A stretch of DNA of 33,303 bases from positions 1 through 33,303 of the forward strand of contig JAPEUI010000158.1 in NCBI GenBank assembly GCA_026025075.1. Reading direction: 5' to 3'. The notes beneath the pieces were generated by a model. The model had not been told where the DNA came from and made no database searches. It worked only from the letters and a program-made list of their open reading frames with translations. The stretch comes from Vezdaea acicularis (lineage: Eukaryota). This document shows positions 20,731 through 32,900 of this stretch, one piece after another (position 1 is the first letter of the stretch; each line of letters begins with the position of its first letter). Made by a program: the position numbers and the translations under genes.

Positions 20731-21344
20731 GAATGAGAAGAAAAAGGTGCCGCTTCTATGGCAGAAGGACGAGCTTTATCGGCTCGATTCTAATCTTGAG
20801 AACCCTAATTGGGCCTGTAACAGCTGGAGCAATTGAGGCTGAACAAGCCAGTGATATCAGTGATAAGATATACGACATAACTCAATGTTATTGTTCCGTT
20901 GTAGACTAAAAGTACAGTAAACATCTCCGGAACGTCAAAAGCTGTGTCGCAACTCCACTTTGCTAATCGTAATGATAAAAACCGAAAGAATTAGTCCGCG
21001 CCAATATGCTCCAGATATAGCCATTGTATCCGTGCATCTTAGTACCCTCTAGATACAGAAGAGAGTGGGCTTTTCCGTGATCTTCACTCCAGTCCATTTC
21101 TAAAGTGACGGGTCGTCGAAGGGTGGCTAAATATGAATAACTCTTTCAGACCCTGAAGCGAATGCCATTTGTTGCTCAAGGCAGTCGCGCCCCAAGAAAT
21201 TTGATGATTATGAGAAGCAGGGCAGGTTTACTAGGATCTTGCAATGATTGGTTACTTCCTAGCATTTATGACCCATTGGGCGGTTGCGTTTGAATATGTC
21301 GAGCTTCTAGTACCTGGAGCAGACTAAGAATGACCTGCATAAGA
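20731..21344 (+). repeat. Copy 1 of a diverged ~615-bp direct duplication (copy 2 = 28155-29273, interrupted)
   Basis: Colinear shared blocks such as ctcgattctaatcttgagaaccct, gatatacgacataactcaatgttattgttccgtt, ccaatatgctccagatatagccatt, aaggcagtcgcgcccc and taggatcttgcaatga. Roughly 80% identical by eye. Confidence 0.93.
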
Positions 21345-22781
21345 CTCAAAAAGATACTCGTAACACCAAAAATGGCAACAAGCCAGAAAGTCCAGTATTG
21401 CAGACTATCTCGCCGGTCACGGAGCAGGTCCCTCCATGACCTAGGCTTGGTACCCCTCAACTCTGCGGCGAGGAGTTCCACCCGCTCACCTAGCACAAGA
21501 AAATCTCGAACAGTAACGTAAACAAGGCGATCTGCCGGAACAAGCGAGTCAACAAAATACTGATCAAGACACAACGAGCGCAGCAAAGGATCCGGATTCT
21601 GAGATAGAACAGACTCAGAGCTTAGCATGCTCCGAAAAAATCTTCTAGCGGGTTTTGATTGTCCGAAGAGTAGTCGGTAGGATAACAGCGTCTCGCGGAG
21701 GAAGAATGTAATTTCTTCTTCTGTGGCCCTTGGGTCTACCGGATCCGGCTCTGTGCTAGCAAAGGCGTAAAGAGCGCCTTTGGACTGAAGCATTGCAATA
21801 CAGAATGATGGGTAACGGAAAAGAGAGAGTGTTCTGCTTGACTTGTCGTAATCAAGATGAGCAGCAAGAGTATCTACCCAGCGTATCTCTACTCGTAGTA
21901 TTGAGTGTAGCAGATATGCGTTTGTATCGAACGGGCTTAATGATGTCCAAGAATAAACCGTCTTTGCGAGCTCACTGGCTACTGTTTTGGATGAACAACA
22001 GCGAGCAGGTAACAGATTGCCGTACGCCTTCAATAAAATTGCCAAAGGACGATCGGCAAGATTCTCAGAGACGCTATATGCATCAAACAGAAGACCGGAG
22101 TTTGGTATATTAGGATCATTTCGGATAGCAAACTCGCAAAGATTGTTGTCCTCGAAGGAAGGAAGGAAGAGCATTGATTGCCAACCCAAGAAAGCAAACA
22201 CAAGAAGTCGTTTCGCCCTCAAGACCTCAAGGGTATCTAAAGAGGGCTTGAATAGAGCTTTCTTCTCAAGATGTTCTATAACATCATCAATGCTTGTGTT
22301 CTTACTTGACCGAAGTGACTCGTTGACGGAGCTGAAGATGATACTGAATCGCCTGTTGTCTAGGAGATTTGCTGTATCGAAATCAGAACCCTCGTTGAGA
22401 AGTAGCTTAATAGACTCGGGGAGTGCGGACAACTGAGATGCGAGCCATGGCAGGTACCAAGCGTAGTTTAACCGAGATGGGGAACATATATTCAACTGTT
22501 CGGGTCGCGTGTTTTCATTATTCCCTATTTGGAAGACGGAGAGAATCGATTGTCTATTGATAGCTGGTGTTTTTTCTAGAGCAACGTTCAATCCTATAAA
22601 GCGCTTAGCAAGCTATTCCATCAAACCTACAGAAATGCGATGCATGCGTAGTTGATTTACTCGGGACAGGGGCCATACTTGAACGCCTACGCCTTGCTAG
22701 GTTGGCACGGTGTCGCCTACGCGAAAATTGGTAGAACGGTCGAACTGCAATCTGAACGTGACCAACGCCTTTTTCTGTCAT
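21266..22781 (-). CDS. Uncharacterised fungal protein with a single C-terminal TM helix, ~482 aa, 2 exons (22781-22661, 22593-21266)
   Basis: 441-codon ORF with protein-like composition (IRWVDTLAAHLDYD...LFRYPSFC; ETLLSYRLLFGQ; LLRDRRDSLQYWTFWLVAIFGVTSIFLSLMQVILS). An upstream exon from ATG 22781 joins in frame through a phase-1 intron. The exact donor and start are uncertain. Confidence 0.8.
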
Positions 22782-23243
22782 CGTTTACGTTCTCGTTCAA
22801 TGGCTCATAGAACAGGACAATCGATATAGAATTCAACCTTAGACGCGGCAGTATGGCTAGCTATATATCAGTGATGAAGCATAGCCTTGTCTATTTTTAA
22901 TCAGCCAACCGTTAGGTTGTCAGGATTCGAATGGTGAAACCGGCCCGCGGCAGCAAGCGCTCGGTCAGACGCACCCTTTGCCTTTCGTTGACATTTGCCT
23001 AAGAGAAACAACATGAGGATCGCCTTATTCAACGGTCTTCTCTTCGCCATCAGTCTATGCCGTTCTGCGCCGTCCAGAGTATCCATGGACATTCGTGTAT
23101 AGCGTCTTCCGTGCCTTACAAAAGCTACAGCACCACTTTTGCAGTTTTCGGACATTGGAGTGGATCGTGGGACTGACCGTCATCTAACCGGTGGCTCGGC
23201 TGAGTGGGAGCTCGACAAGAGTATTGCAGGCGCTTACTCCACC

Positions 23244-26200
23244 ATGCAAGTCTACTCGCAGCCCAAACCAGACCCGACCCAAGATTCAGACTCGTCTCAA
23301 ATGCCTTACAGGCATGGCAAAATTTGGCAAAATGCGATCCAAAGATACTACGAAGAACTCGAAAAGGGAGGCTACAGAGGCAAGGCTATTGACAAGGATA
23401 TTTGGAATGTCAAAGACCCAGTTGAACTTCTAGATCAAATCAAATCTCTTCCATCTTCTGAACGATGGATGACCGATCTGAAGAAAATTCTTTTGACTTT
23501 GAGTGATTTTGCTGCTGTCACTGCATTGGCTTTGGGAATGGACGGCCGAGTTGCCGCAGTAATATGGGGCTCCATTCGTTTAGTCCTCAATGTAGGTCAC
23601 TACGCAGATCACCCTCTAGTCTCTAGGTTTCGCTGAAACTGGACAGCTCGGTCAGCCAGTCTTCCCAGAAGTCGTCAAAATGTTGAAGGATCTGGAGATA
23701 ACCCTTCCCAAATACAGGAAATTCGAGCAACAACTACCGATGACACCTGCATTAGAAGACGCTTTATGTGATGTTTACACAGATATAATCCTCTTCTGCG
23801 CTCAGGCGATTACATTTTTCCGGAACAATCCCAATTTTGCAAGAAGTACCCATATCTGGTCCCATTTCAATCAAGAATTTCTAAAGACAATATCTAATCT
23901 GCAACATCACTCTCGACGTGTTGATGAAGAAGTCGAAATTATCCGTATGACACGTGAGTCAGAGTCAGTGGAGACCCTGCAAGCTATTGCAGGCATGAAC
24001 ATTATGTCTCCAAGTACCACTGTTAACCTTCCGTGCCATGTTATACCTTATGGCCTGAATCCACAATTTTTTCATCGATCAACAGAAGTTGCTCAAATCA
24101 GGAGAGCCTTAGATCCAGACTCTGGAGAAGACGGAAATGAGTTAAGAGTATTAGCCATCCATGGACTTGGAGGGGTGGGGAAGACACAGCTCGCTCTTCA
24201 TTATGCCAATACGTCTCTGGATCTGTTTGATGCTATTGCCTTCATACCATCTGAGACACGAATCAAATTGTCTCAGGCGGTAGCTGTTTTTGCCAATAAG
24301 CTTGGATTAATTCAGGATGGCAATGATGCCGAAAGAGATGACATGCAAGCAATATTCAAGGTGAAGGATTGGCTGAATACTTCTGGAAGACGTTTTCTCC
24401 TCATCTTTGATAACGTCGAAGAGATTGACATTGTTCTGTCCGTCTGGCCTTCCAGTAAAAAAGGATCAATTCTCATCCTAACCCGCTCTTCATCCATAGC
24501 GGCAAAGAGAGCAGCAAAGATTCTACATTTGACCTCTTTTCCTCCCGAGATCGGACTCGAAGCTCTCCACGCCCTCACAGGCCTTCACGAAGAGGACGAG
24601 AGTGAAACTAAGGCAGCAGTAGAAATATGCCATCTTTTAAGTGGCTTGCCGCTTGCATTGGTACAAATCAGTCAATTCATCCGGGAGCGCGGTTACAACT
24701 ATGAGGAATTTCTAAAACTATACGAAAAGTCTGCCGCTAGGATTCTGTCAAGGGGCGAAGCTCCTCCTGAGTATAATCATACGCTAAGCACGGTCTGGGA
24801 AATTTCAATCGCGAACCTGCCGCCGGATGCTAGGGCTCTTCAGAATCTGCTCGCCTTTTTTGATTCAGACTCGGTCGCCGAGCGACTGCTCACCAATACA
24901 AGAGCTCCTCTTACAGATGATTTTTTGCACTTCTTATCTGATGAGCTAGAGTAGGCGTCCAGCCGTTCGCAATAGTACAATCATAGTCCGACTTCTGACT
25001 CGTCATAGTTTCGGAGATGCTGTCGGCTCCTTGCTCAAGCTCTCGCTCCTAAACCGTTCTTCCTCCCAGAAAACTCTTTCTCTACACCGACTTGTGCAGA
25101 CCGCAATTTTCTGTCGTCTCTCAAACAAGGAGGCAACATCCTTCTTCAACATCACTGTTCAACTCCTATCGAGCAGTTTCCCCAACACATGGAGGGAAAA
25201 AGGTCATCAGCAGGGTCATGGATGGCAAACTTGGGAGACATGCAAAGAAATCCTCCCTCATGTTCAACGCTTGATTGAACTAGCCAAGAAGCACAAGCTC
25301 GAAGCCAATAGTACGGAGTTTGCGGAGCTGATTTTCCGCGCTGGCACGTGAGTTCAATCACTCACTTTATTCCATTCGCCATTTGATGCTCAACGTTAGT
25401 GATCCGATGTCATAGAGCTGACCGTACTATCAACCTCTAGGTATTTATGGGAAATAGAGCAACCAACAATTGCGCTATCTTTCTTCAACTTTGGACTATC
25501 CCTAGGAATCGATCGATCAGGCCCAATGTGCAACCCTGCTATCCGGCTATTGGGTCACGTTGCTCTTGATTTATCCCGGCCCAAAGCGGCAGTTGAGGCA
25601 TACCAAGAGACTCTATTAGCACGTCTAAAGCATTCTAGTCCAGACAGTCCAGCAATCGCTGATGTGTACGACTCCATTGCCTGCGCTTATACGGAAATTG
25701 GTGATGTGGTGAAGGCATTCGAATACCTTGATAAGGCAAAAGACATTCATTTTTCAAACGACCCAAACAGCATGGCTAGAACCTCTGCCATATATGCTAT
25801 GACATATCTCCGGGCTGGACAACCGGATCAAGCACTGAAAGCTTTGCAGAAATGCTGGGAACTCCAAGGACTTACTGAGGAACAAATAGCTGTGTCTCGG
25901 TACCCAAAGCACAGCGGCGACATTGTGCTCCTAGCACGTATCTATCACGCTCAAGGTAATACCGAGGCTGCGCTGCAGCTCGCCTCCAAGTCTATCACGA
26001 TTAGAAAAGGTGTCCTGGGCTCCAAAGGGCCAAGAGTTGCTGACTCAATGTTTCTTGTGGCAAGCATTCTCCGAGAGGGTGGAAAGCAGGCTTTGGCCAC
26101 AAAATTGCTGCGTGATATTATTGACATGAGCGAGGGAATGGTGGAGATGCGGGGCCATATGGCGAGGGCATTATGGACGCTGGGGATGACTGGGGAGAAT

Positions 26201-26323
26201 GGTGAAGTGGAAGAATTGAAACAAAAAGCGAAGGAAGTTAGACACACCATACAAGGAAGAGAAGCAGAGGATGAGGATACCGATGAAGCATTCTCCAAAC
26301 TTGTCGGATGGATGCTTTGGTAG
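23244..26323 (+). CDS. NLR-like STAND protein: helical Goodbye-like N-terminal domain + NB-ARC + TPR, ~957 aa, 4 exons (23244-23591, 23647-24950, 25009-25347, 25441-26323)
   Basis: Walker A IHGLGGVGKTQLA, Walker B FLLIFDNVE, GSILILTRS, GLPLAL and LHRLVQ, followed by helical TPR-like repeats (IADVYDSIACAYTEIGDVVKAFEYLDKA). The N-terminus IWQNAIQRY...VIWGSIRLVL...LPKY...VYTDIILFC matches my recollection of Goodbye-like STAND N-termini. Start codon is uncertain (23244 or 23301). Confidence 0.88.
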
Positions 26324-26752
26324 CAATGGTAGTAAGATGTTGGCAGCATTCTCGAAGGAGATTTCGAAGCTTGGCTATAAAGTAATGACTGCTTAATAAG
26401 ACACTGTAAAACATACGTTCTCTCAAGGCCTTAATTACTGCCCTTCAATAGATCAATGTGAAAGGCTATCATCGAGTTCTGGTGAGCTTCGTTACTTTCT
26501 TTTCGTTTAATATCTGCAGATCTTTCGCATCTCGGCAATATGTCCACAGCTGGAATGCTGAAACGGTCATAAATTAGCGCAAAAGCTTCGATCCACAATT
26601 TAGATGTTTCCTTAGCAGGCCTAGTAATGTTTGTACCGCGCCACATCTCTCAAAATTTCCTCAGGTCTACTATAATCATCTTTACAATTATCTGCTCCAT
26701 TATCCTGGTTCTTGTCTGGTCTGATTCAAGCTTATTATCTAATGACCACAGA

Positions 26753-27222
26753 ATGGGCATCATACACATTGTGATGTTTGAGTTCAAACAGGACGCCTCG
26801 CCCGAGGATGTTGACGCCGTAAGCCTGACGATTGGACGCTAGACAACGTATGATAGACACGGACTGACATACTTCGTTAGGCTTGCGCTCGAATGCTCTC
26901 GCTGAAGGATCAATGTCTCCATCCAACAACCAACAAACCGTACGTAAAAGCGGCTAGTGGTGGAGTAGATAACAGCCCAGAAGGCTTGCAGGTAGGATTG
27001 TATTTCGCTAGAGGGGATAAAGGTTGTTTAGCGGCTCAAGATACTGACCTTATCTGGTAGAACGGTATTACCCACGCTTTTGTAATTGAATTCGAGAACG
27101 AGGAAGACAGGAAGTACTACCTTGAGAAGGATCCAGCTCATCTTGGATTTGTGAAGAGTATCGGAGGTGTAGTTGCGAAAGCGCAGATAGTTGACTTTGT
27201 CCCAGGCGTGTTTAAAACCTGA
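26753..27222 (+). CDS. Stress-responsive A/B barrel (Dabb) domain protein, 112 aa, 3 exons (26753-26818, 26881-26991, 27061-27222); possible N-terminal extension from ATG 26627
   Basis: Spliced product MGIIHIVMFEFK...LKDQCLHPTTNKPYV...GGVDNSPEGLQNGITHAFVIEFENEEDRKYYLEKDPAHLGFV...VDFVPGVF shows typical Dabb motifs. Both introns are canonical. Confidence 0.9.
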
Positions 27223-27679
27223 CTTGCTCTAGGCAGTCGGGCCAATACATAGAAGTAACAAAGTAATATTTAATCACAGGATGACGCCACTGCAAGTCCC
27301 TCTGCTCATAGGCATGGTTAGCTTCAGAATAGACAACGGCAGCGGGATTTGGGGCATATATTTCGGAATATCGACAAATATATATGCCGGATTATCGCCC
27401 GATGTTAGACTACAGAATAATGCATCATACGTACTTTTTGCAGGGCAGGATTAAGGGGAAACCATCCTCATATAAGGTGTGATTCAGAGAGCGTAGGTCG
27501 GAGAAAAAGCCGTGTAGTATTCCAGTACAACTTTCTTAAGATAGACATGGGTTCTGTTCTGAAAGTCTTACATACGCTTTTTCTTTCATTCAGTCTCTCC
27601 ATATCCTGAAACATTTGGTGTATGAACAGCACCATTCCTAGACACTCTCCTTTGCATGACGCTGTATGTGCTGATAAGA

Positions 27680-28260
27680 TGGACTCCACGAATACTGCAA
27701 CTACGTACTGGCTCTATATCTATGTCCCAGGACATGGGATCCGGAGCTCTTTTTGTACGGAAGTCTTTACTGTCAAGCTGGTATGTGCGATTCAGCCGCC
27801 CATTCTATACCTCTGACTTGAGCAGGTTCTACAGCTACATAAGTGCGCGGATATGGCAATGTAGCATGGCGATGCTCCCTTTAGTCTTATAATGGATGGC
27901 CACGCTTAAACCTGTGAATGCATACCAGAATCTAGCGACCGCTAAAATGGGGGTTTCGAAAGTGTTTACATTCGAGAGACCGCTAATATTTGGTATAAAC
28001 ACCTAAGAATCAAGAACTGCCCGCATTCGATGGGACATTTATTCAATTGATATATTGATAACTTCCTTGGGTAACTTTTGAGCTAGATTTCTTACAAGTA
28101 GATTTGTTGATCGCCGTGCTCGGGGCATGATTAATGGGAGAGGCACAATTCTGCGAATGAGAAGAAAAAAGTGCCGCTGCTATAGCAGAAGGACGAGCGT
28201 TATCGACTCGATTCTAATCTTGAGAACCCTCATTGGGCCTGTAACAGCTGGTTCAATTGA
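27680..28260 (+). pseudogene. Probable decayed gene of unknown family
   Basis: Protein-like fragments GLHEYCNYVLALYLCPRTWDPELFLYGSLYCQAG, NQELPAFDGTFIQLIY and EKKKVPLL*QKDERYRLDSNLENPHWACNSWFN*, broken by stops and frameshifts. Intron-like GTATGT..CTGAC..CAG at 27781-27825. Confidence 0.4.
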
Positions 28261-28606
28261 GGTTGAACAAGCCAATGACATCAGTAATAAGAAGATATAC
28301 GACATAACTCAATGTTATTGTTCCGTTATAGGCAAAACTTACAGTATACATCTCTGGATCGTCAAAGGCTGTGTCACAACTCCACTCTGTTAATTGTAAT
28401 GATAAAACTGAAGAAACTGGTCCGCACCAATATGCTCCAGATATAGCCATTATACTGCGCGTCTTAAGACTTTCCAAATACAGAAGAGAGTGAGCATTTC
28501 CATAACTTTTGTTCCAGTTTTCTTTCCAAAGTGACGGGTGGTCGAAGGATGGCTAGATATGAATAACTCGTTCAGACCCTTAAGCGAATGCCATTTGTTT
28601 CCCAAG

Positions 28607-29102
28607 GGACCCGGATAGAATGCAGAGAAACTAAGGAAATAGCGCCACGTCGCTTTATAGGCTATACCCACGCGCAAAGGACGCAAGAAGCACAAGTCAC
28701 AACTGGCGCTTTTCATGGTCGAGTTTATCTGGACTAAGGTAGGCCTCGGCAAAGTGAAGCTATTCATAGTACTAGCAGGATCGCAAGGAATCAGGCGCGT
28801 TATAGGGCGTGTGAAGCTTGCTGCATAGTCGAAGCCTAATGCGCAACATACGGAGGTACAGGCCTTAATGATTGTTAGCACGGGCAGGGGGGAACCCCTG
28901 CACCGACAAATCACCTTCCGCACTATTTCGTTGGTGCTGGGGTTGCCACCCTGCCCGAGCTAACAATCTTTAAGGCTTGTACCTCCTTAGGCATTGAAGA
29001 GGTGTGCTTTGAGATGTATCTCTAAAAGAGCAAGCAAAGTCGAGCGCTAGAGCTCGCTAGAAGGCTTAGCGTCTCAGCATTTCTATGCGCCACGTCGCGT
29101 CC
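28607..29102. mobile_element. 496-bp non-autonomous DNA transposon with an 8-10 bp TSD (hAT- or Mutator-like)
   Basis: Absent from the paralogous site in copy 1 (ttgttgctcaaggcagtcg). Flanked by TTCCCAAG (28599-28606) and TTCCTAAG (29103-29110). Termini GGAC...GTCC with degenerate subterminal inverted match (ATAGAATGCAGAGAAACTAAG versus reverse-complement ATAGAAATGCTGAGACGCTAAG). Confidence 0.8.
28851..28987. mobile_element. 137-bp hairpin MITE nested in the 496-bp element
   Basis: Arms of ~56 bp: ggaggtacaggccttaatgattgttagcacgggcagggg... versus reverse-complement ggaggtacaagccttaaagattgttagctcgggcagggt.... TA flanks at 28849-50 and 28988-89. Confidence 0.7.
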
Positions 29103-29808
29103 TTCCTAAGGCAGTCGCGCCCCACGAAATTCGATGATTATGAGAAGCAAGTGCAAGTTTATTAGGATCTTGCAATGACGGATTGCTTCCCAGCACTTGT
29201 GACCCAACTGCTGGTGTGCTCAAATTTGTCGAGCTTCTAATACCTGAAGCAGGCTAAGTACAATGGCATAAGAATTAATCCTAATGAAGCTGAATGCATG
29301 TTGCCAGGGGACATATGGCCCGATTAGGATTAAGAAAAGGAGCTCAGTGGCAAGGATTCAGGGAGCTGTGAAAGATAATCAAGCAATGAAGAGGGATGAT
29401 TCGGCGATTCTATGCCTGAAATGTGCAGAGAATTGATGATGCTAAAAGGCAGTGAGGGCAAAACAAAACGGAAAGGTAAGACAGGGATGGAGGGCTGACG
29501 ATATTTGGTACGCCCAACCACTATATTACTTACCCCTCACAGCAGAACGGGAGATAACCAAAAACTTCTCAAGCACGAACAATAGTGGATCAGCCTTTAT
29601 AAACCGCTCTAATCCTAATCGAACAAAAACCTCAAAGATGCCATTCATCGACTCATGATCTTATCTTCGATTCTGATGCCTGAATTTCATCCTTGTCTAC
29701 ACTCTCTTGTCTAAAAACATCTACCCTGCAGATGCGGCAGCTGGAACTACCAATTATGAAGCGTCGCAAAGCGCCTCGCAATAAATAGAACTTTTCTACT
29801 GTATTATT

Positions 29809-29900
29809 AGCCTTGTCCAATAACAGCCCTTGGCCTTCAGCCTTGTCCAACAACAGCCCTTGACCTCCAGCCTTGTCCGACAACAGCTCTTGGCCTTCAG
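29809..29900. repeat. 3 x 30-bp tandem repeat just upstream of the second patatin NLR
   Basis: agccttgtccaataacagcccttggccttc / agccttgtccaacaacagcccttgacctcc / agccttgtccgacaacagctcttggccttc. Confidence 0.88.
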
Positions 29901-29971
29901 ACTCAAACCTCTAATGTCATTCCATCTCATCTTCCGTCATCTGGCCCCAAAAGCAAGATATACAAACAGCA

Positions 29972-32900
29972 ATGTCTCTCACTCGAGTGAACGCAATGGG
30001 GGAGAACCGGCCAAAGGAGCTTTGCCTTCTAGCGCTCGATGGGGGTGGAGTGCGCGGTCTTTCATCCCTACAAATCTTAAGGCAGCTCATGCTTACCATC
30101 GATCCTGAACATCCACCTAAACCATGTGACTATTTCGACATGATCGGTGGGACAAGCACAGGCGGGTAAGTAACCGGCTCCAACAGATAATATTGCTCAG
30201 TTAACAGCCTCAAGTCTCATTGCGATTATGCTTGGCCGACTGAAAATGAGCGTGGATGAGTGCATCCAGAAATATACAGAACTCGCTGATAAAGTCTTCC
30301 AAAAGAAAAGGCTTCCTGTTGACCCTTTTAAGTTGAGGCTAAAGTCACGATTCGATTCTAATGTGTTGGAGCAAGTGATCAAAGATATCATCATGGAGAA
30401 AGGATTGGCGTTGCAAACATTGTTGAAGGAAGACATAGACCCCAGCTGTAAAGTGTCAGTATCTACGGCAACGATAATATGGAATGTCTGGTCTAATTTT
30501 TGTATAGATTTGTTTGTGCAACGAGCAAGGAGGATAGAAACGGTATTAGGCTCTTTACAAGCTACAAGCCGAAAGGACCTCCATCAGATCTTCTAAACAC
30601 CACCACAATCTGGGAAGCTGGGAGAGCAACGGCGGCAGCAATCTCGTTCTTCGACCCTATTACAATTGGTGGTCACGGAGAGCAGTTTGTGGATGGCGCA
30701 ACCGGCGCCAATAATCCAATTTGGAGACTTTGGCATGAAGCTGAACAATTTTGGGACATTAGTGGAAATCTCGAAAAGAACCTCAAGTGTCTAGTCTCTA
30801 TAGGAACTGGAGTCCCGTCACTAGAACCTTTTGGAGATACTCTCAAAGATGTTGGTAAAACCCTGCTTGCCATCTCTACCGAGACCAAGAACACTGCAGA
30901 TGAATTTCTCAGACATCATACAATTCTCCATGATCAGAGAAAATACTTTCGCTTCAATGTGGAGAAAGGTTTAGAGAAGATTGGTCTTGAAGATTCTGGT
31001 GCAAGGAAGTTCATTGCAGCAGCAACGAGGAGTTATTTAGAATCAGAGCTTATTCTTAAAGAGATCAAAAACTGTGGTAGAATTCTAGCGTCACGAACAG
31101 GTTGGTCTGCGTTTGCTTAACCAGAAAGTGTAGGAGAAGGGACAATACGTAGAGCTTTTCAGCTATGGTTATTATCAATTTTCAATGAACAAATCTGACT
31201 AAGCAACTTGTCGAACTTACAGAACTGCAACGCAGTAGTCTGACAACGGTTCAGAAGCCTCAACCTCAATTTCACAAAATAGACTCCAAGCTCTCCGAGG
31301 TGGAACAAGGTATGCTGCTCCTACGCGATAGTCATTGCCTTTGCCTAGATGCTTATGTATTTACCCAAAGCGTGTCTACAGTCTTTAGCCTTCCATGGAA
31401 TGAACTTTCGGAGGAATGACATAGCTGATCCAGCCAACCATACGTGTTCTTGGCTCACTAGACATCCCAAATATCACAAATGGCGCGATCAACAGCATGG
31501 TCTCCTATGGATCAAAGGGAAGCCCGGAGCAGGAAAGTCGACTCTTATGCGCTACATCGCGCAACGACGATTAAACCAGGACATTCTGGCTCTTGCTTCA
31601 TTCTTTTTCCATGGACGCGGCTCTGAACTCCAAAAAAGCCCTCTTGGCTTATTTCGGTCATTATTGCATCAACTTGTGCACCAAATTCCCCAGATACGTC
31701 AGGAATTCAGCTCCCTATTCAAGACGCGACTAGCAACTGAAGGGGAGATTGGCGAGAAGTGGGATTGGACGACAAGAGACTTAAAAGACTTCTTCAAAGA
31801 TCATATCACCAACATGGCGAAAATACATCAGCTGCGAATCTATGTTGATGCACTTGATGAATGCGGTGAAAAAATTGCAAGGGATCTCGTCGATTTTTTT
31901 GACAGTATAGCTCCAAGTTCTCCAACGACTGAAGCTGCAATCCAAATATGTTTTTCTTGTCGTCATTATCCACTGGTAGCTCTGGAAAATGGTCTCGAAA
32001 TTTGTGTTGAAGACGAGACTAAAGAAGACATAAAGATTTACATTTCAGAAAAGCTAAGAAGGAGAATCCAAGGTGAAAACGTTGTTCAGGAGCTTCAGCA
32101 TGAAATTGAACGCAAAGCCCAAGGAAGCTTTCAATGGGCTAGTCTAGTCATTCACCAAGTCCTCGATCTCTACTGCACAGGAGAGCCTCAGAGAATGATC
32201 ATGAAGAGTATACAGTCTAGTCCGCCTGAGTTAAACGATCTATATAAAGAGATGTTGAGGAAAGTGGATGATCGGCATCGAGCTCAGTCATTGCATTTAC
32301 TGCAATGGATATGCTTTGCCAAGAGGCCTCTATCCTTGACAGAGCTACGCTATGCATTGGTCATAAACGTGGACACGCCATGTGAATCAATCAGAGATTT
32401 TCGAGATAGCGAAGAATATGTGGACACTGATGAGGTGATGGGAAAGAAAGTCGCCCATCTTTCTAGGGGCCTTGCTGAGGTCAAAGAGCAGGATGGACAA
32501 CACATTGCACAATTCGTCCATCAATCAGTCAGTGATTATCTTCTTCTCGCTGGACTGCACATGTTGGAGCAACCTTCAACTAGTAATGTCATTGGCCATG
32601 CCCACTTCTGGCTTTCCAGGTCTTGCATCATCTACATGGCTACGAAAGAGATCAGGCGTTTAGATTTCAGAGATGCAGTTTCTCTTCGACACAAATTCCC
32701 ACTTCTTCAATATGCAGTATCTACTTGGACTTATCACGCAGAACAGGTTGAGGAACAAAGTTTACCACAACCGGATCTCCTGGCTTTCTTCCATGGACCA
32801 TCGCACGATTTGTTCAAGCTCTGGGTACACTTTCATCAAATACTTCATTCTCGCTTTATTTATTATGTGCAAGAGAGAGCTTCACTATTGCATATTGCAT

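Larger units (their letters stand above)
28155..29273 (+). repeat. Copy 2 of the ~615-bp duplication, split by a 496-bp insertion
   Basis: 28155-28606 plus 29111-29273 align with 20731-21344. On the minus strand it includes a relic of the TM gene's 3' end (IVLSLLQVLEARQI* versus VILSLLQVLEARHIQ). Confidence 0.93.

Noticed and set aside
28253..28477. 74-aa hydrophobic minus-strand ORF within the duplication
   Set aside because: The frame is broken by an indel and an early stop in copy 1, so it is not conserved as coding.
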